Source of the DNA: an uncultured Clostridia bacterium
GTDB lineage: Bacteria > Bacillota > Clostridia > Christensenellales > CAG-314
Length of the DNA: 64,000 nt
Reading direction: 5' to 3'
Assembly: GCA_947630455.1 (NCBI GenBank)
Contig: CANRHP010000004.1
Coordinates: 20,414 to 84,413 of the forward strand
Part shown: piece by piece, positions 9,247 through 19,368 of the stretch
Layout of the letters: each line of letters begins with the position of its first letter
Position numbering within the stretch: the first letter of the stretch is position 1
The notes under the pieces: generated by a model
What the model was told of the DNA's origin: nothing
Databases searched by the model: none
The model's input: only the letters and a program-made list of their open reading frames with translations
Made by a program: the position numbers and the translations under genes

Positions 9247-10116
9247 ATGCATATCAATAACGAATGGGAAGATTATCGTATAATTGCCACAGGTGACGGC
9301 GAAAAGTTGGAGCGTTGGAAGGATATAGTGTTGCTTCGTCCCGATCCGCAGGTTATTTGGCATGCCGCAAAACCGCTTGCGGACGTTGTGTCTCCCTCTG
9401 CTCGCTACATTCGTTCCGTTAGCGGCGGCGGACATTGGGAGTTTGATAAAAAACTTCCCGATAGTTGGGTGGTATCCTGGAGAAATCTTCGATTTAATGT
9501 CCGTCCGATGAATTTCAAGCATACGGGGCTTTTTCCCGAGCAGGCTGCCAATTGGGCGACTATGATAGATTTGATACAAAACGCGGGCAGACCCGTGAAT
9601 GTGCTCAACCTGTTTGCCTACACGGGCGGCGCAACCGTCGCATGTCTGAGCGCCGGAGCAAGCGTGTGTCACGTAGACGCCGCCAAAAATATGGTGGAAA
9701 TGGCAAAAGAAAACGTCGCGCTTTCGGGACTTGAAGGCAAACCCGTCCGCTATATTGTGGAAGACTGCCGCAAATTTGTAAAGCGCGAAATACGTCGTGG
9801 CAATCGCTATAATGCAATAGTGTTGGATCCACCCAGCTTCGGACGGGGCGCGAACAGTGAGGAATGGAAGCTGGAACGTGATATTTACGACTTTCTCACG
9901 CTATGTGCTGAGGTGCTTGGCGACGATCCGCTTTTTGTCTTGCTCAACAGCTATACAACGGGACTTCAACCTGCTGTGTTGGACAATTTGTTAAGGTTGA
10001 CAATGCCTCAAAACGGCAATGTAACTGCATATGAGGTATGCTTGCCCACCGATGAGGGCACGGTGCTGCCGTGCGGAGCAAGCGGACTTTGGACCAAAGG
10101 AGAAAAATATGAGTAG
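9247..10116 (+). CDS. Class I SAM-dependent RNA methyltransferase (RlmI/YwbD-related, no PUA domain)
   Basis: 289 aa. N-terminal W.DY.....GDGEKLERW signature and a Rossmann methyltransferase core (NLFAYTGG, LDPPSF). Confidence 0.75.
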   Translation: MHINNEWEDYRIIATGDGEKLERWKDIVLLRPDPQVIWHAAKPLADVVSPSARYIRSVSGGGHWEFDKKLPDSWVVSWRNLRFNVRPMNFKHTGLFPEQAANWATMIDLIQNAGRPVNVLNLFAYTGGATVACLSAGASVCHVDAAKNMVEMAKENVALSGLEGKPVRYIVEDCRKFVKREIRRGNRYNAIVLDPPSFGRGANSEEWKLERDIYDFLTLCAEVLGDDPLFVLLNSYTTGLQPAVLDNLLRLTMPQNGNVTAYEVCLPTDEGTVLPCGASGLWTKGEKYE

Positions 10117-10891
10117 AACATTCACGATGGATGATGTGGCAATCCTGCACGAGGACAACAGTGTGTTGGTAGTCGTAAAACCCCAAAACATTCCCAGTCA
10201 GGCGGACGCGAGCGGCGACTTGGATTTGTTGACGCTGCTCAAACAGTACATCAAGGACAAGTACAACAAACCGGGAAACGTTTACCTTGGGTTGGTACAC
10301 CGACTTGACCGTCCGACGGGCGGCATCATGGTGTTTGCAAAAAACAGCAAAGCCGCCGAGCGTTTGAGCAGGCAGATAACGGAAGGCGACATGACCAAGC
10401 AGTATCTTGCTGCGGTGGTGGGCACTCCGCGCGAAAAGAAGGGTACGCTTGTCAACTATCTCAAAAAGAATGCTCTTACCAACAATGTTTATGTTGCCAC
10501 CTTCGGCGATCATGACGCCAAACGCGCCGAACTCAGCTATGAGGTGTTGGAAACGCAAGACAGATTATCCTTGGTAAAGGTTCAGTTGGGCACAGGACGC
10601 AGCCATCAGATACGCGTGCAGTTTTCCGCCATTTCCTGCCCCGTTTTCGGAGATGTTCGCTACGGAGGAGATATCACAAAAGGCTGCAATCTTGCCTTGT
10701 GGGCTTATCGTTTGGAATTTGACCACCCCGTATCCAAAGAGCATATGGTATTCGTTGCATATCCCCCTGTTGTCAAACCGTGGAAACGCTTTGATGTGTC
10801 TAAATATGTAGAGCAGTTTTCCGACAGTGACGATGACTTTGACGGCGTACCGTTGTACACAAATCCACAAACGGACGACGACCTCGATTAG
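10109..10891 (+). CDS. RluA-family pseudouridine synthase
   Basis: HRLDRPTGG catalytic motif and SHQIRVQ motif. Start moved to ATG 10109 behind AAAGGAG, overlapping the upstream stop by 8 nt. Confidence 0.85.
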   Translation: MSRTFTMDDVAILHEDNSVLVVVKPQNIPSQADASGDLDLLTLLKQYIKDKYNKPGNVYLGLVHRLDRPTGGIMVFAKNSKAAERLSRQITEGDMTKQYLAAVVGTPREKKGTLVNYLKKNALTNNVYVATFGDHDAKRAELSYEVLETQDRLSLVKVQLGTGRSHQIRVQFSAISCPVFGDVRYGGDITKGCNLALWAYRLEFDHPVSKEHMVFVAYPPVVKPWKRFDVSKYVEQFSDSDDDFDGVPLYTNPQTDDDLD

Positions 10892-10909
10892 ATTTTTTGC
10901 ATAAATCGA

Positions 10910-10937
10910 CTTTCGCACACGCTGCGAAAGTTTTTTT
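10910..10937 (+). terminator. Rho-independent terminator
   Basis: CTTTCGCA-CACGC-TGCGAAAG hairpin plus T7. Confidence 0.8.
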
Positions 10938-10967
10938 ATTTATTTTCCGTAAATTTGCTTAAAGCTG

Positions 10968-10996
10968 TTGACAAATAATGCTACGCAATGTATAGT
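10968..10996 (+). promoter_or_regulatory. Sigma-A type promoter (TTGACA-17 bp-TATAGT)
   Basis: TTGACA 10968-10973, TATAGT 10991-10996. Confidence 0.65.
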
Positions 10997-11034
10997 ATTA
11001 GACGATGAATAGTATTATACGCTTGGAGGCAGTT

Positions 11035-13422
11035 ATGATTACATTAAGTAATGTGAGCAAGATTTACAAATCGAAATCAGGACAGCAGGTACGTGCGCTG
11101 AACAAAGTTTCCTTTGTATTGAGCAACAATGGTATGACGTTTATCTTAGGTAAAAGCGGCAGCGGCAAATCCACATTGCTCAATCTGCTTGGCGGATTGG
11201 ATGTGCCGACCGAAGGAAAGATTACGGTGGAGGGAGCGTCGCTCGGTAGTCTTACGCAAGCGGATCTGGATGCATATCGCAACAGCTATGTCGGATTTGT
11301 TTTTCAGGAATACAACTTATTGGAGGACATGAGCGTAAAGGAGAACATCACTCTTGCGCTCACCCTTTCCAAGGATACGAACGTCGAGCTCAAAGTGGCA
11401 AACGCGTTGAGACAGGTGGAACTGTCGGAGGACTATCTCACGCGCCGTATCAATGAGCTTTCGGGCGGTGAAAAGCAGCGAGTGGCAATTGCCCGCAGTA
11501 TCGTAAAGGACAGCAAATTGATATTGGCGGACGAGCCGACGGGAAATCTGGACAGCGCAACGGGCGAAAGTATATGGAAAATTCTCAAAAAACTTTCGGA
11601 AACGAAGCTTGTGGTGGTGGTTTCTCACGATCGCGAAAGCGCCGAGCGTTTTGCCGACAGAACAATAGAGATTGCCGACGGTGAGGTGAAGCGAGACAGT
11701 CATCCTCAGTCCGAAACAACCGCTCGATCACAGTTCGCTCCGCGAAAGCTGCGTTTACCCTTTGTTACGCGCATCAAGTTGGCATGGCAAAGCTTGTTCA
11801 AGCGCAAGTTTCGGGCGATCAGCGCTATAATATTGGCTATTTTTGGCACGGTCACATTGGTGATCGTGCAAATGTTGCTGAGTTTCGATCGGGTGCAGTT
11901 TGTTGCGGATATGGTAAACATCTACGATGTGCCCAGTGCCGTTTTGTGGCAGCGTACGGAAGAAGGGCAGTCCTCTTACTATTGTACCGTAAAGCAAAGC
12001 TCGAGGGATTTTTTGGCGGAAAACTGCGACTACTTTTTGGGAGAACAGATAAGAAACAAACAGCAGTTGCTGAATATGGGCTGCAAATTTATCGGTGAGG
12101 CGGCGGAGTTGGACAGTCACTCTTTCTATATTACGTCAAGCTACCTGGATTACATTGTCAGTCGTTACGCGGATAAGGGCTATGCGATAGTGAGCGGGAA
12201 GGAGGTCCCATTGTCACAATTCGATAACGATCACGGGGAGCTTGTCGGAAAACAAGTTTATTTTCCCGACGAATTCAACTATGAAAGCGGATTGCCTGTG
12301 CTTTCGGGAATTGTGGACAGCTCCGTCGAAGGTAAAAATGTATATATGACGGATTTGGGCTACATATTTGCATTGGAAAACTTCGAGCATTGGTATTCGT
12401 ATCGGCTGAATAGTATGGGGGAAGACATAAGCGACACATTAGCCATGGGTGACAAATTGTACAACGGAGGTTTTGAGCTTGCAAGCAAGTTGAGATGGAC
12501 ACACGGCGTGTTGATTGGTGACGGATTGGTGGTAAATGAGGATGAGTATCCTATCATAGGTTCCGGAGAAGTGATGATAAACTTCGAGCTGTACAGCAAG
12601 CTCTTTGACGACGCCAAATCCCTTTCGTACTACGTAACGGAAGAGCTGGGCAATTACTCGCGTGAGGATGATCAACCGCTTCCAGAGCATTTGGGGGAGA
12701 CTATTCATCTCAAATTGCTGGACATTGAAGGCGGTTTGCTGTACGATATGGGGCCGCTGAAGCTTGTGGGTGTGGTTTTGCTGCAAGCGAATAGCGCCGT
12801 TTATATGAATATCATCGACGCAAACAGGTGCATGGCACAACTCAACGAATCTGTGACGGTGGGATTGAGCTCCGTTGACGATATTGTTGATTTCTTGCGG
12901 CAAGCAGAGGAACACGGATTGGAGGTGCGCAGCATCGGAACCGTTCGTTCGAAGGATGAAAGCGTCAACCGCGACGTAGAGGAGATCTCCGAATTGTTGG
13001 AAGACGCTGCTTCGCACGGCAAATGGATATTCGGTATATTGGGCGGAGTGCTTTTGTTTGTGCTGATTATGATTGTGATCAACATCATATCCCTATCCGT
13101 CGCCTCTCGCAAAAGAGAAACGGGTATTCTCACTGCGCTGGGCATGTCCCGCAAGGATACTGTGGCAATGTTTTTGTACGAAACATTGATAATATCCGTT
13201 ATCGGCTTTGTCGGATCTATCGTGCTGTCGCTTGTAGCGTCCACCGTTATCAACGCTTGTTTGCTTTCACAGTTTGTGATTACGATACCGTTTTTGCACT
13301 TCGGCTGGCTGTCCGCTGCGATAATCGCTATTGTAAACTTCGCTTTGCTGCCATTGGCAACGCTGCTGCCGCTTGGAAAGATCATCAAAATGCAGCCGGC
13401 AGATGCAATACGAGCGCTTTGA
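11035..13422 (+). CDS. Fused ABC transporter ATPase plus FtsX/MacB-type permease
   Basis: Walker [10 protein letters not shown], signature LSGGEKQR, Walker [10 protein letters not shown]-terminal FtsX-like TM bundle with a large extracytoplasmic domain between TM1 and TM2. Start at ATG 11035 behind GGAGG. Confidence 0.85.
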   Translation: MITLSNVSKIYKSKSGQQVRALNKVSFVLSNNGMTFILGKSGSGKSTLLNLLGGLDVPTEGKITVEGASLGSLTQADLDAYRNSYVGFVFQEYNLLEDMSVKENITLALTLSKDTNVELKVANALRQVELSEDYLTRRINELSGGEKQRVAIARSIVKDSKLILADEPTGNLDSATGESIWKILKKLSETKLVVVVSHDRESAERFADRTIEIADGEVKRDSHPQSETTARSQFAPRKLRLPFVTRIKLAWQSLFKRKFRAISAIILAIFGTVTLVIVQMLLSFDRVQFVADMVNIYDVPSAVLWQRTEEGQSSYYCTVKQSSRDFLAENCDYFLGEQIRNKQQLLNMGCKFIGEAAELDSHSFYITSSYLDYIVSRYADKGYAIVSGKEVPLSQFDNDHGELVGKQVYFPDEFNYESGLPVLSGIVDSSVEGKNVYMTDLGYIFALENFEHWYSYRLNSMGEDISDTLAMGDKLYNGGFELASKLRWTHGVLIGDGLVVNEDEYPIIGSGEVMINFELYSKLFDDAKSLSYYVTEELGNYSREDDQPLPEHLGETIHLKLLDIEGGLLYDMGPLKLVGVVLLQANSAVYMNIIDANRCMAQLNESVTVGLSSVDDIVDFLRQAEEHGLEVRSIGTVRSKDESVNRDVEEISELLEDAASHGKWIFGILGGVLLFVLIMIVINIISLSVASRKRETGILTALGMSRKDTVAMFLYETLIISVIGFVGSIVLSLVASTVINACLLSQFVITIPFLHFGWLSAAIIAIVNFALLPLATLLPLGKIIKMQPADAIRAL

Positions 13423-13436
13423 TACATGAGGTGAAA

Positions 13437-15830
13437 ATGCTGCAGCTTTCGAATGTAAGTAAATTTTATGTCAGTCAAACGGGACAAGATGTTCGGGCAT
13501 TGAACGACGTCAGCGTCTGCCTTCCCGACAGAGGGTTGGTTTGTATTCTCGGCAAAAGCGGCAGCGGCAAATCTACCCTGCTCAATTTGCTGGGAGGTTT
13601 GGATAAACCCACTTCGGGGGACATTTCCGTAGACGGACTGTCTTTGGCAAGCTTTTCCCCTGCGGACTGCGACGCCTACCGAAATGACTATTTGGGATTT
13701 ATTTTTCAGGAATTCAATTTGTTGAGCGACCTCAACGTGCGGCAAAATATCGCGCTTGCGCTGCAGCTTAATCGCGGTGAAAACGATACTGATATTGTTG
13801 CCGAGGCTTTGCGGCAGGTGGGGCTTGATGACAGTTATTTTGCAAGGCGTATAGGAGAGCTTTCCGGAGGCGAAAAACAGCGCGTAGCCATTGCCCGCTG
13901 TATCGTAAAGAACAGCAAGCTTCTTTTAGCTGACGAACCGACGGGCAATCTGGACAGCAGCACGGCAGAAAGTATTTGGACGATCCTGAAAAACCTCTCT
14001 CAAAGCAGAACCGTTGTTGTAGTAACGCACGACAGAGAAAGCGCGCAAATATATGCCGACCGATTAATAGAGCTCGACGACGGCAAGCTTGTATCCGATA
14101 CCAATAGTCAACACCCGCTGTCGGATGTTAAACAGCCGAAATTCATTTCCAAAAAGCTTCCTTTCAAAACCGCTGTCACATTGGGCTGGGGCAATATTAA
14201 AAGTCGTGCGGTGAAAACGGTAAACGCAGTGCTGCTTTTAGTATTTTGCGTGTCTGCATTGTTGATTACACAAATGTTTTTTTGCTTTTCGGTGCCGCGC
14301 ACTATTGGACAGTTTACGGCAGACTACAACGTGCCCTTTGTATTGACAACGCAGCAAGCCGTAGGCCGCAATGAAAAAGGGAAAACGCAGGAACCCGGTA
14401 TTATTAAACCGAGGACGGAGGCTTGGCTGGACAGTCATGCAGACTATATAGTCAACTGTACAGTGTCAAGCAGTGAACAGCTGCGCAGATTTGGCTTTTC
14501 GTTTGTGGGAAAAGTGTTGGAGCCCTTGGGCAATTCCTACTACGTGACGAGCGATTTTCTCGATTCTGCGATACTTGACGGCGCTTACATGATAGCGGAC
14601 GGTGTATTGACGCGCATATTGCCGGAGGTTCATTCCTACGATTTGTTGGTAGGCAAACAGGTTTATTTGTCTCAAATTTTTTCGGATGATACGGAATTCC
14701 CCACCTTATGCGGAGTGATAAATTCCGATTCCGTTCCCGCATCCGTTGAACATTATATGCCGCCGGTATTTGCCTCCGAAGATTTCGGCGATTACTATTG
14801 GGCGCATATACCGAAGTTTTCTTCAGTCTACAACGGCAACGGCGTCAGGGATGTGACGGCGTATTTCGGTGATATCGGGTACTCCGATTCTTTTTTCATC
14901 ACACCCGTTGCAAATGACAACGTCGCAATGACGGCTCAAAACGTGACAGAATACGTTTGCGGTGATAATGAAATCATTTTGAGCTACGAAATGCTTTCCG
15001 CTTTGTACGATGTGGAACCGAAGCAAGAGTTTTTTCAGACACGTTACGGAGAAGATTGTATTGTTGCCTGTCCAAAGCATGTGGGACAAAGAATACATTT
15101 TGCCATCACCGATTCGGACACGGGCAAGACGCTGGTGGATCTGGGAGAACTGACTATTGCCGGAGTGAGCTTCAAAACTATCACAGAATCGAAAAATAAT
15201 ATGCAAATAACGCTGTCTCCGTCACGTTTCGACCGGGTAGTCAAAGCGCTCAAATGCGGCGCACACATATTGGTGGCTGCCGACAGGGGCGACCCGAGCA
15301 GTTTGTTTGTGCAGCTTGATAGGCGCAGCATTGTTCTGCAAATGGGCGGAGCAGTGCAAACGGACGACGGCGGCAATAAAGACTGCGTTGAGGTGACATT
15401 AAATGTTCAGGAGCGCTTGATGATTCTTTCCGTTGTCATGATCGTCATTGCGCTGATACTGTTGGTTATTATGGGGCTGATGATTTCCAATCTGATAGGC
15501 TGCGGCATACTTGACCGTAGTAAGGACATTGGTATACTGTCCGCATTAGGAATACCTTATCGAAATATATACGTTGTCTTTTTGATGGAGGTGGTGTTTA
15601 TTGCCGTAATCGGATTTATATTTTCGCTATGTCTTTCTTTCGGTTTTGCTGCGTTGTGCAACAATATTTACAGCAGCGACTATATGCAGAGCTTGCAATT
15701 TTTCCGAGTGGACTTCGTCACGCTGCCCACGGCTGTGATAAGTGCCTTTGTTTTTCCGCTGCTTGCCGCGCTTGTACCCTTGCGAAAAATATCCAAGCTT
15801 AATCCGATAGACGCTATAAGGCATCTTTAA
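13437..15830 (+). CDS. Fused ABC transporter ATPase plus FtsX/MacB-type permease (tandem paralogue)
   Basis: Same motif set ([25 protein letters not shown]). Start at ATG 13437 (MLQLSNVSKFY), parallel to the start of the upstream paralogue. The track start at 13023 overlaps the previous gene. Confidence 0.85.
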   Translation: MLQLSNVSKFYVSQTGQDVRALNDVSVCLPDRGLVCILGKSGSGKSTLLNLLGGLDKPTSGDISVDGLSLASFSPADCDAYRNDYLGFIFQEFNLLSDLNVRQNIALALQLNRGENDTDIVAEALRQVGLDDSYFARRIGELSGGEKQRVAIARCIVKNSKLLLADEPTGNLDSSTAESIWTILKNLSQSRTVVVVTHDRESAQIYADRLIELDDGKLVSDTNSQHPLSDVKQPKFISKKLPFKTAVTLGWGNIKSRAVKTVNAVLLLVFCVSALLITQMFFCFSVPRTIGQFTADYNVPFVLTTQQAVGRNEKGKTQEPGIIKPRTEAWLDSHADYIVNCTVSSSEQLRRFGFSFVGKVLEPLGNSYYVTSDFLDSAILDGAYMIADGVLTRILPEVHSYDLLVGKQVYLSQIFSDDTEFPTLCGVINSDSVPASVEHYMPPVFASEDFGDYYWAHIPKFSSVYNGNGVRDVTAYFGDIGYSDSFFITPVANDNVAMTAQNVTEYVCGDNEIILSYEMLSALYDVEPKQEFFQTRYGEDCIVACPKHVGQRIHFAITDSDTGKTLVDLGELTIAGVSFKTITESKNNMQITLSPSRFDRVVKALKCGAHILVAADRGDPSSLFVQLDRRSIVLQMGGAVQTDDGGNKDCVEVTLNVQERLMILSVVMIVIALILLVIMGLMISNLIGCGILDRSKDIGILSALGIPYRNIYVVFLMEVVFIAVIGFIFSLCLSFGFAALCNNIYSSDYMQSLQFFRVDFVTLPTAVISAFVFPLLAALVPLRKISKLNPIDAIRHL

Positions 15831-15894
15831 AGGAAATAAGCTTCAACGTATTTTGCAGAATGTGCACTGTAAAATACTTCCGAGCGAAGGCTTT

Positions 15895-16404
15895 TTACAT
15901 CAGCTTTGTTACTGCAAGAACGGCAAGAATAATCGCTGAAAATACATTTGTGTGAGTCAGCGTCACCTTTTTTGCCAATGCCTGTCCCAATGTTACAGTC
16001 AGATAATGCGTCACTGCAAATACCGCGGGAGTTATCCAAGCAAGACCGTCCCCCGCAAAGGAAAAATTGGCAATAGCCGCGTCTAACCCCACAGCGACGC
16101 CTATCGTCATACTCTCTCCCAATGTAACGGCAGATAGAGTTGCGTGAGATTCCTCGCGACGGAACAGCGTGAGCGCCGCCAACATAAAAAGCAGCGCGCC
16201 GCCGAAGTAGTCTACCGCCCGCTTTGCCGCAAGAGCCAAAGCCTGTCCAACGAATGATGTGAAAAGGCACAGCAGCAATGTTATCAGTGCAACTGCCGAC
16301 GGCAGCATTGTACTTGCACGCTTGTTGAGGGACAGTGAAAATCCTGCCATAAAGCTATCCAGCGAAACAACTATTGCCGTGACGGCAACTGTCACAACTT
16401 TCAA
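15895..16404 (-). CDS. ytaF: DUF204 membrane protein, YtaF/MntP-like
   Basis: 169 aa, polytopic. N-terminus (...VSLDSF..GFS) resembles sporulation membrane protein YtaF and the manganese efflux pump family. TTG start behind AAGGAG. Confidence 0.65.
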   Translation of the reverse strand: MKVVTVAVTAIVVSLDSFMAGFSLSLNKRASTMLPSAVALITLLLCLFTSFVGQALALAAKRAVDYFGGALLFMLAALTLFRREESHATLSAVTLGESMTIGVAVGLDAAIANFSFAGDGLAWITPAVFAVTHYLTVTLGQALAKKVTLTHTNVFSAIILAVLAVTKLM

Positions 16405-16528
16405 ATAAGGTCTCCTTTGTTTTCTTCGGTAACGGAGTATTTTGCACCCTATACTATTCGTATGCAGTCTCTTGAAATTGTGTTTTGATGTGCAATTGTC
16501 TGTTGGTGTATTTTATTTTGGTAAATAG

Positions 16529-16557
16529 TTGACAATCTAATCAAATAAATGTAAAAT
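16529..16557 (+). promoter_or_regulatory. Sigma-A type promoter (TTGACA-17 bp-TAAAAT)
   Basis: TTGACA 16529-16534, TAAAAT 16552-16557. Predicts a leader of about 100 nt before ATG 16663. Confidence 0.65.
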
Positions 16558-16662
16558 ATCCCTATATGCGGTTATATGTCGCAGCCTTTGGTATGTCTTT
16601 TTGCTGCAGTAGGCTGGGACAAAACCGTTCACGACAAGTTGGGCGCAAGCCCTTCCGGAGGA

Positions 16663-18279
16663 ATGATGAAAAAGTTTATAAGTATTATTGTTGCATTGGC
16701 GCTTCTTATCAGCATGCTTACGCTGACAACGTTTGCTTTTGCGGAAGACAATGGCGGTGAAGGCTCGGGTACGCCTACAGAGCCCTCTCGTTCGGTAACA
16801 TTTAACGACGCAGCCTTCAGAAAATACGTAATTGACGCTTTGGATGATGAAAACGTTGCTCAGGGAAATTCGTTTTGGGTGGAAATGAGCAGAACCTTTT
16901 CGTTGGAGAATAAGTGGTGGGAGGACGCCGCAAAGGTTCATGAAATTTTCGAAGGAATCAACTACAGATATCAGCCGGTAGAGGATACCGAGGACAAGAA
17001 AGATGAATTTGTCGTTCATTACGACTATGCAAACCCGACTGAGGGTGATCCGTATACCGAAGCGGACGCATTAGAGGACGGTTCATACAAGGAAACCGCA
17101 CATTTCAAGCTTCCGGATGCTCCCGTTGCCGCAACTCACAAGGAGTCTGTCGACGGAGAAGAAAAGGATGTTCCTAACGCTTACTTTGCAGGTTGGCAGA
17201 TCGAGTCCGCCGAAGAACTGCCCGTACATCTTCAGGGTGTTTTTGCGGCAGGCACTTCGATAGCTATGCCCGCAAGCAATATCACGGTAAAAGCAGTGTG
17301 GAAGGCCACCGAAGAAGAAGCCAAGTCGGAGCTTGTGCCCGATGATAAGCTTTATATGATCTATGTTTCACCAAGCGGTTCCGACACGGAGGATATGGAT
17401 AAATGGAGCTCGGTTGCTGTAACAAGTACTATCAATCTTACTACACAGGGTGCTTGGTCTTTCCGTTTTGTTGTTATTGACGGAGCCAAGGCAAGCGAGA
17501 GCGGTTACAGCTATGACTTTGACGATATGCTTGCCACAACCTACGACAATATTCTTGCGCTGATCGGAGAGGGCGGCCATTCGGATGAAGAATTGACCGC
17601 TGCCAATTGCACGCTCAGATACAACGCTGAAGATACGACTGCTCCCGAATTTGATTTGTCTACCACTCAGAAAAACAAGGTGGACGAAGGCTTGACGGTG
17701 GGAACGACCTATTCTATTTCCACCAGTCTCGAAATAGAGGATTGTTCGGCAACAAGCAGCAATGTTACCTACAAGGTGTACAAAAAGGTGGGTACCGATG
17801 TTGACGGAGCAGACAGTGCGGGTTGGTTGCTTATTCTTGACAGCGAAAAGAGAGAGGTAACAGAAGGCTACGAAAACTGCATCACATCAAGCGGAGTGAT
17901 CACTCCTTTAGCGGAAGATGTAACGGGCGACAAAATTTACAAGATCATCTACTCCATCAAGGATCCCGTCTCCGGAAAAGAAGGCGTAAGACCGGCCTCG
18001 GCAGGTGAAACGCAAACAGGTGTGTATAATCCCGAAATGTTGCTCGAAGTCAAGCCAAATCTCAACTCCGGTTCTGCAAAATCTATCGAAGTATGGAAGA
18101 TCGTGCTGTATGTCATTGCAGGCTTGTCAGCAGTAGGAATTATCGTGCTGCTTTGCATCAAGCCCAAAGAACAAAAAACCGATGCTCGTTACAATGCGGG
18201 CTCCGCAAATAATACAGACGGCACCGCCGTAGAGTCAAAGGCAGAGGAAACAGACTCTCCAAACGATAAAAAAGAATAA
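16663..18279 (+). CDS. Secreted surface protein with signal peptide and C-terminal TM anchor
   Basis: Start at MMKKFISIIVALALLISMLTLTTFAFA behind GGAGGA. One InlB B-repeat-like segment (YFAGWQ...VKAVW). C-terminal helix IVLYVIAGLSAVGIIVLLCI plus a charged tail. Confidence 0.75.
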   Translation: MMKKFISIIVALALLISMLTLTTFAFAEDNGGEGSGTPTEPSRSVTFNDAAFRKYVIDALDDENVAQGNSFWVEMSRTFSLENKWWEDAAKVHEIFEGINYRYQPVEDTEDKKDEFVVHYDYANPTEGDPYTEADALEDGSYKETAHFKLPDAPVAATHKESVDGEEKDVPNAYFAGWQIESAEELPVHLQGVFAAGTSIAMPASNITVKAVWKATEEEAKSELVPDDKLYMIYVSPSGSDTEDMDKWSSVAVTSTINLTTQGAWSFRFVVIDGAKASESGYSYDFDDMLATTYDNILALIGEGGHSDEELTAANCTLRYNAEDTTAPEFDLSTTQKNKVDEGLTVGTTYSISTSLEIEDCSATSSNVTYKVYKKVGTDVDGADSAGWLLILDSEKREVTEGYENCITSSGVITPLAEDVTGDKIYKIIYSIKDPVSGKEGVRPASAGETQTGVYNPEMLLEVKPNLNSGSAKSIEVWKIVLYVIAGLSAVGIIVLLCIKPKEQKTDARYNAGSANNTDGTAVESKAEETDSPNDKKE

Positions 18280-18295
18280 TCTCATAAAAAACGAA

Positions 18296-18327
18296 AGCGC
18301 CGAGTAATTTTACTTGGCGCTTTTTTT
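18296..18327. terminator. Rho-independent terminator between convergent genes
   Basis: GCGCCGAGT-AATTTT-ACTTGGCGC hairpin plus T7. Confidence 0.75.
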
Positions 18328-18388
18328 GTACAATAAAATTAATTACAGTTTAGCTTGGTGTGTATTGGTACGCACATGTGAGCATAGT

Positions 18389-19360
18389 TCAGCCGAACAA
18401 AATGAAATCCGCATGTTTATTGACTTCTATTGTTCCGATAAGATCGGACAGTCCCACAAAACGCGCCGGATTAACGGTCCAAATTTTGATTGCCTCCGTC
18501 AATGGTAAGCTACAGTAGGTTACTACGTTTGCTAAACCTTGATAAGCATCTTCGGTATCGGCGGTAATTGCAGCCAGCTTGTCTCCTTTGATTTTTTGCA
18601 GCAGCGGCAATACGCTTTTATTCACATGTTTTTCATCGAACACAGTCATGCAATAACAGTTGTGCAAAAGCGCGCTTCCTGCAACACCCAAATCGCTTTT
18701 TGAAAGCAAGGACATTACGTTACCCCAATCGGTGACCCCCTTTGCGCCTACCTTAAACGCTTTTGTCACCGTTTCTCCATCCGCATTGCTGTGTCCCACG
18801 GAAACCGTTACCTTGCTGTCCGAAACCTCGGAAATAAATTCCAATGCGTTTGAAAGCTCGGGCGCTACCGTAATAAGCTTTATTTTGCCTTCCGCGGCTT
18901 TTTGATACGTGATAAATTTGTCCATCGAAGGCTTTTGCAGCAGGCAGCTTGGACTGTCGCAGCAGTCGGGTGCAACAAAGGGACCGTCAAGATGAATGCC
19001 CTTTATTTCGGGATAGTCCTTTGCGAGCGTCGCAATCAGAGCAAGCTGTGTGCACAGCTTTTCGTCAGTATCCGCTTTAAGCGTGGGAAAAACCGTTCCA
19101 ACTCCGTGCGCGATGTAGTATTCCAAAATTTTTTTCATTCCGTCACTATCGGCATTGTTGAAATTGTAATTTGCCGCGCCGTAGCTGCACAAATCCACAA
19201 GGGCGGGCAATATATATCGGTTAGTGCAGTCTACAACCTCCGTTTGTTCGTCGGCAACGACATCTGGAGCTATTTCGATAATTCTTCCATGGTTGGCAAC
19301 AATATCTGTTTTTATCAATCTGTTTCCGATAAGCACGCTTCCGTTTTTGTAAAGTATCAT
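18389..19360 (-). CDS. NagA-like amidohydrolase-fold protein with substituted metal/catalytic positions
   Basis: Reads collinear with N-acetylglucosamine-6-phosphate deacetylase (GIHLDGPF, VGHSNAD, ADFILF). The HxH site reads LCSY instead. Start at ATG 19360 behind AGGAGA. Confidence 0.65.
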   Translation of the reverse strand: MILYKNGSVLIGNRLIKTDIVANHGRIIEIAPDVVADEQTEVVDCTNRYILPALVDLCSYGAANYNFNNADSDGMKKILEYYIAHGVGTVFPTLKADTDEKLCTQLALIATLAKDYPEIKGIHLDGPFVAPDCCDSPSCLLQKPSMDKFITYQKAAEGKIKLITVAPELSNALEFISEVSDSKVTVSVGHSNADGETVTKAFKVGAKGVTDWGNVMSLLSKSDLGVAGSALLHNCYCMTVFDEKHVNKSVLPLLQKIKGDKLAAITADTEDAYQGLANVVTYCSLPLTEAIKIWTVNPARFVGLSDLIGTIEVNKHADFILFG

Positions 19361-19368
19361 GATATCTC

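Noticed and set aside
12801-13745. 314-aa minus-strand ORF spanning the junction of the two ABC genes, and the 13023 N-terminal extension of the second ABC ORF
   Set aside because: Both overlap well-supported coding sequence. The second ABC protein aligns with its paralogue only from MLQLSNVSKFY (ATG 13437).
16405-16528. yybP-ykoY (manganese) riboswitch upstream of the YtaF/MntP-like gene
   Set aside because: The reverse complement of the upstream region lacks the conserved GGGGAGUAG and UUGACA-type elements I would expect.
16564-16662. c-di-GMP-I (GEMM-I) riboswitch in the 100-nt leader of the surface protein gene
   Set aside because: GGGACAAAACC and GGGCGCAAGCCC loosely echo GEMM segments. 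I could not build the two required hairpins with a tetraloop-receptor arrangement, and the second element is just a simple GNRA hairpin. It would need cmscan to revisit.
16576-16662. Upstream extensions chosen by the ORF track (16576, and likewise 10031, 11005, 19399, 27655, 27611, 31103, 35201, 50019, 54135)
   Set aside because: In each case an internal ATG with a proper AGGAG-type SD gives a product whose N-terminus matches the family or signal-peptide expectation. Several extensions overlap upstream genes or start at non-ATG codons.
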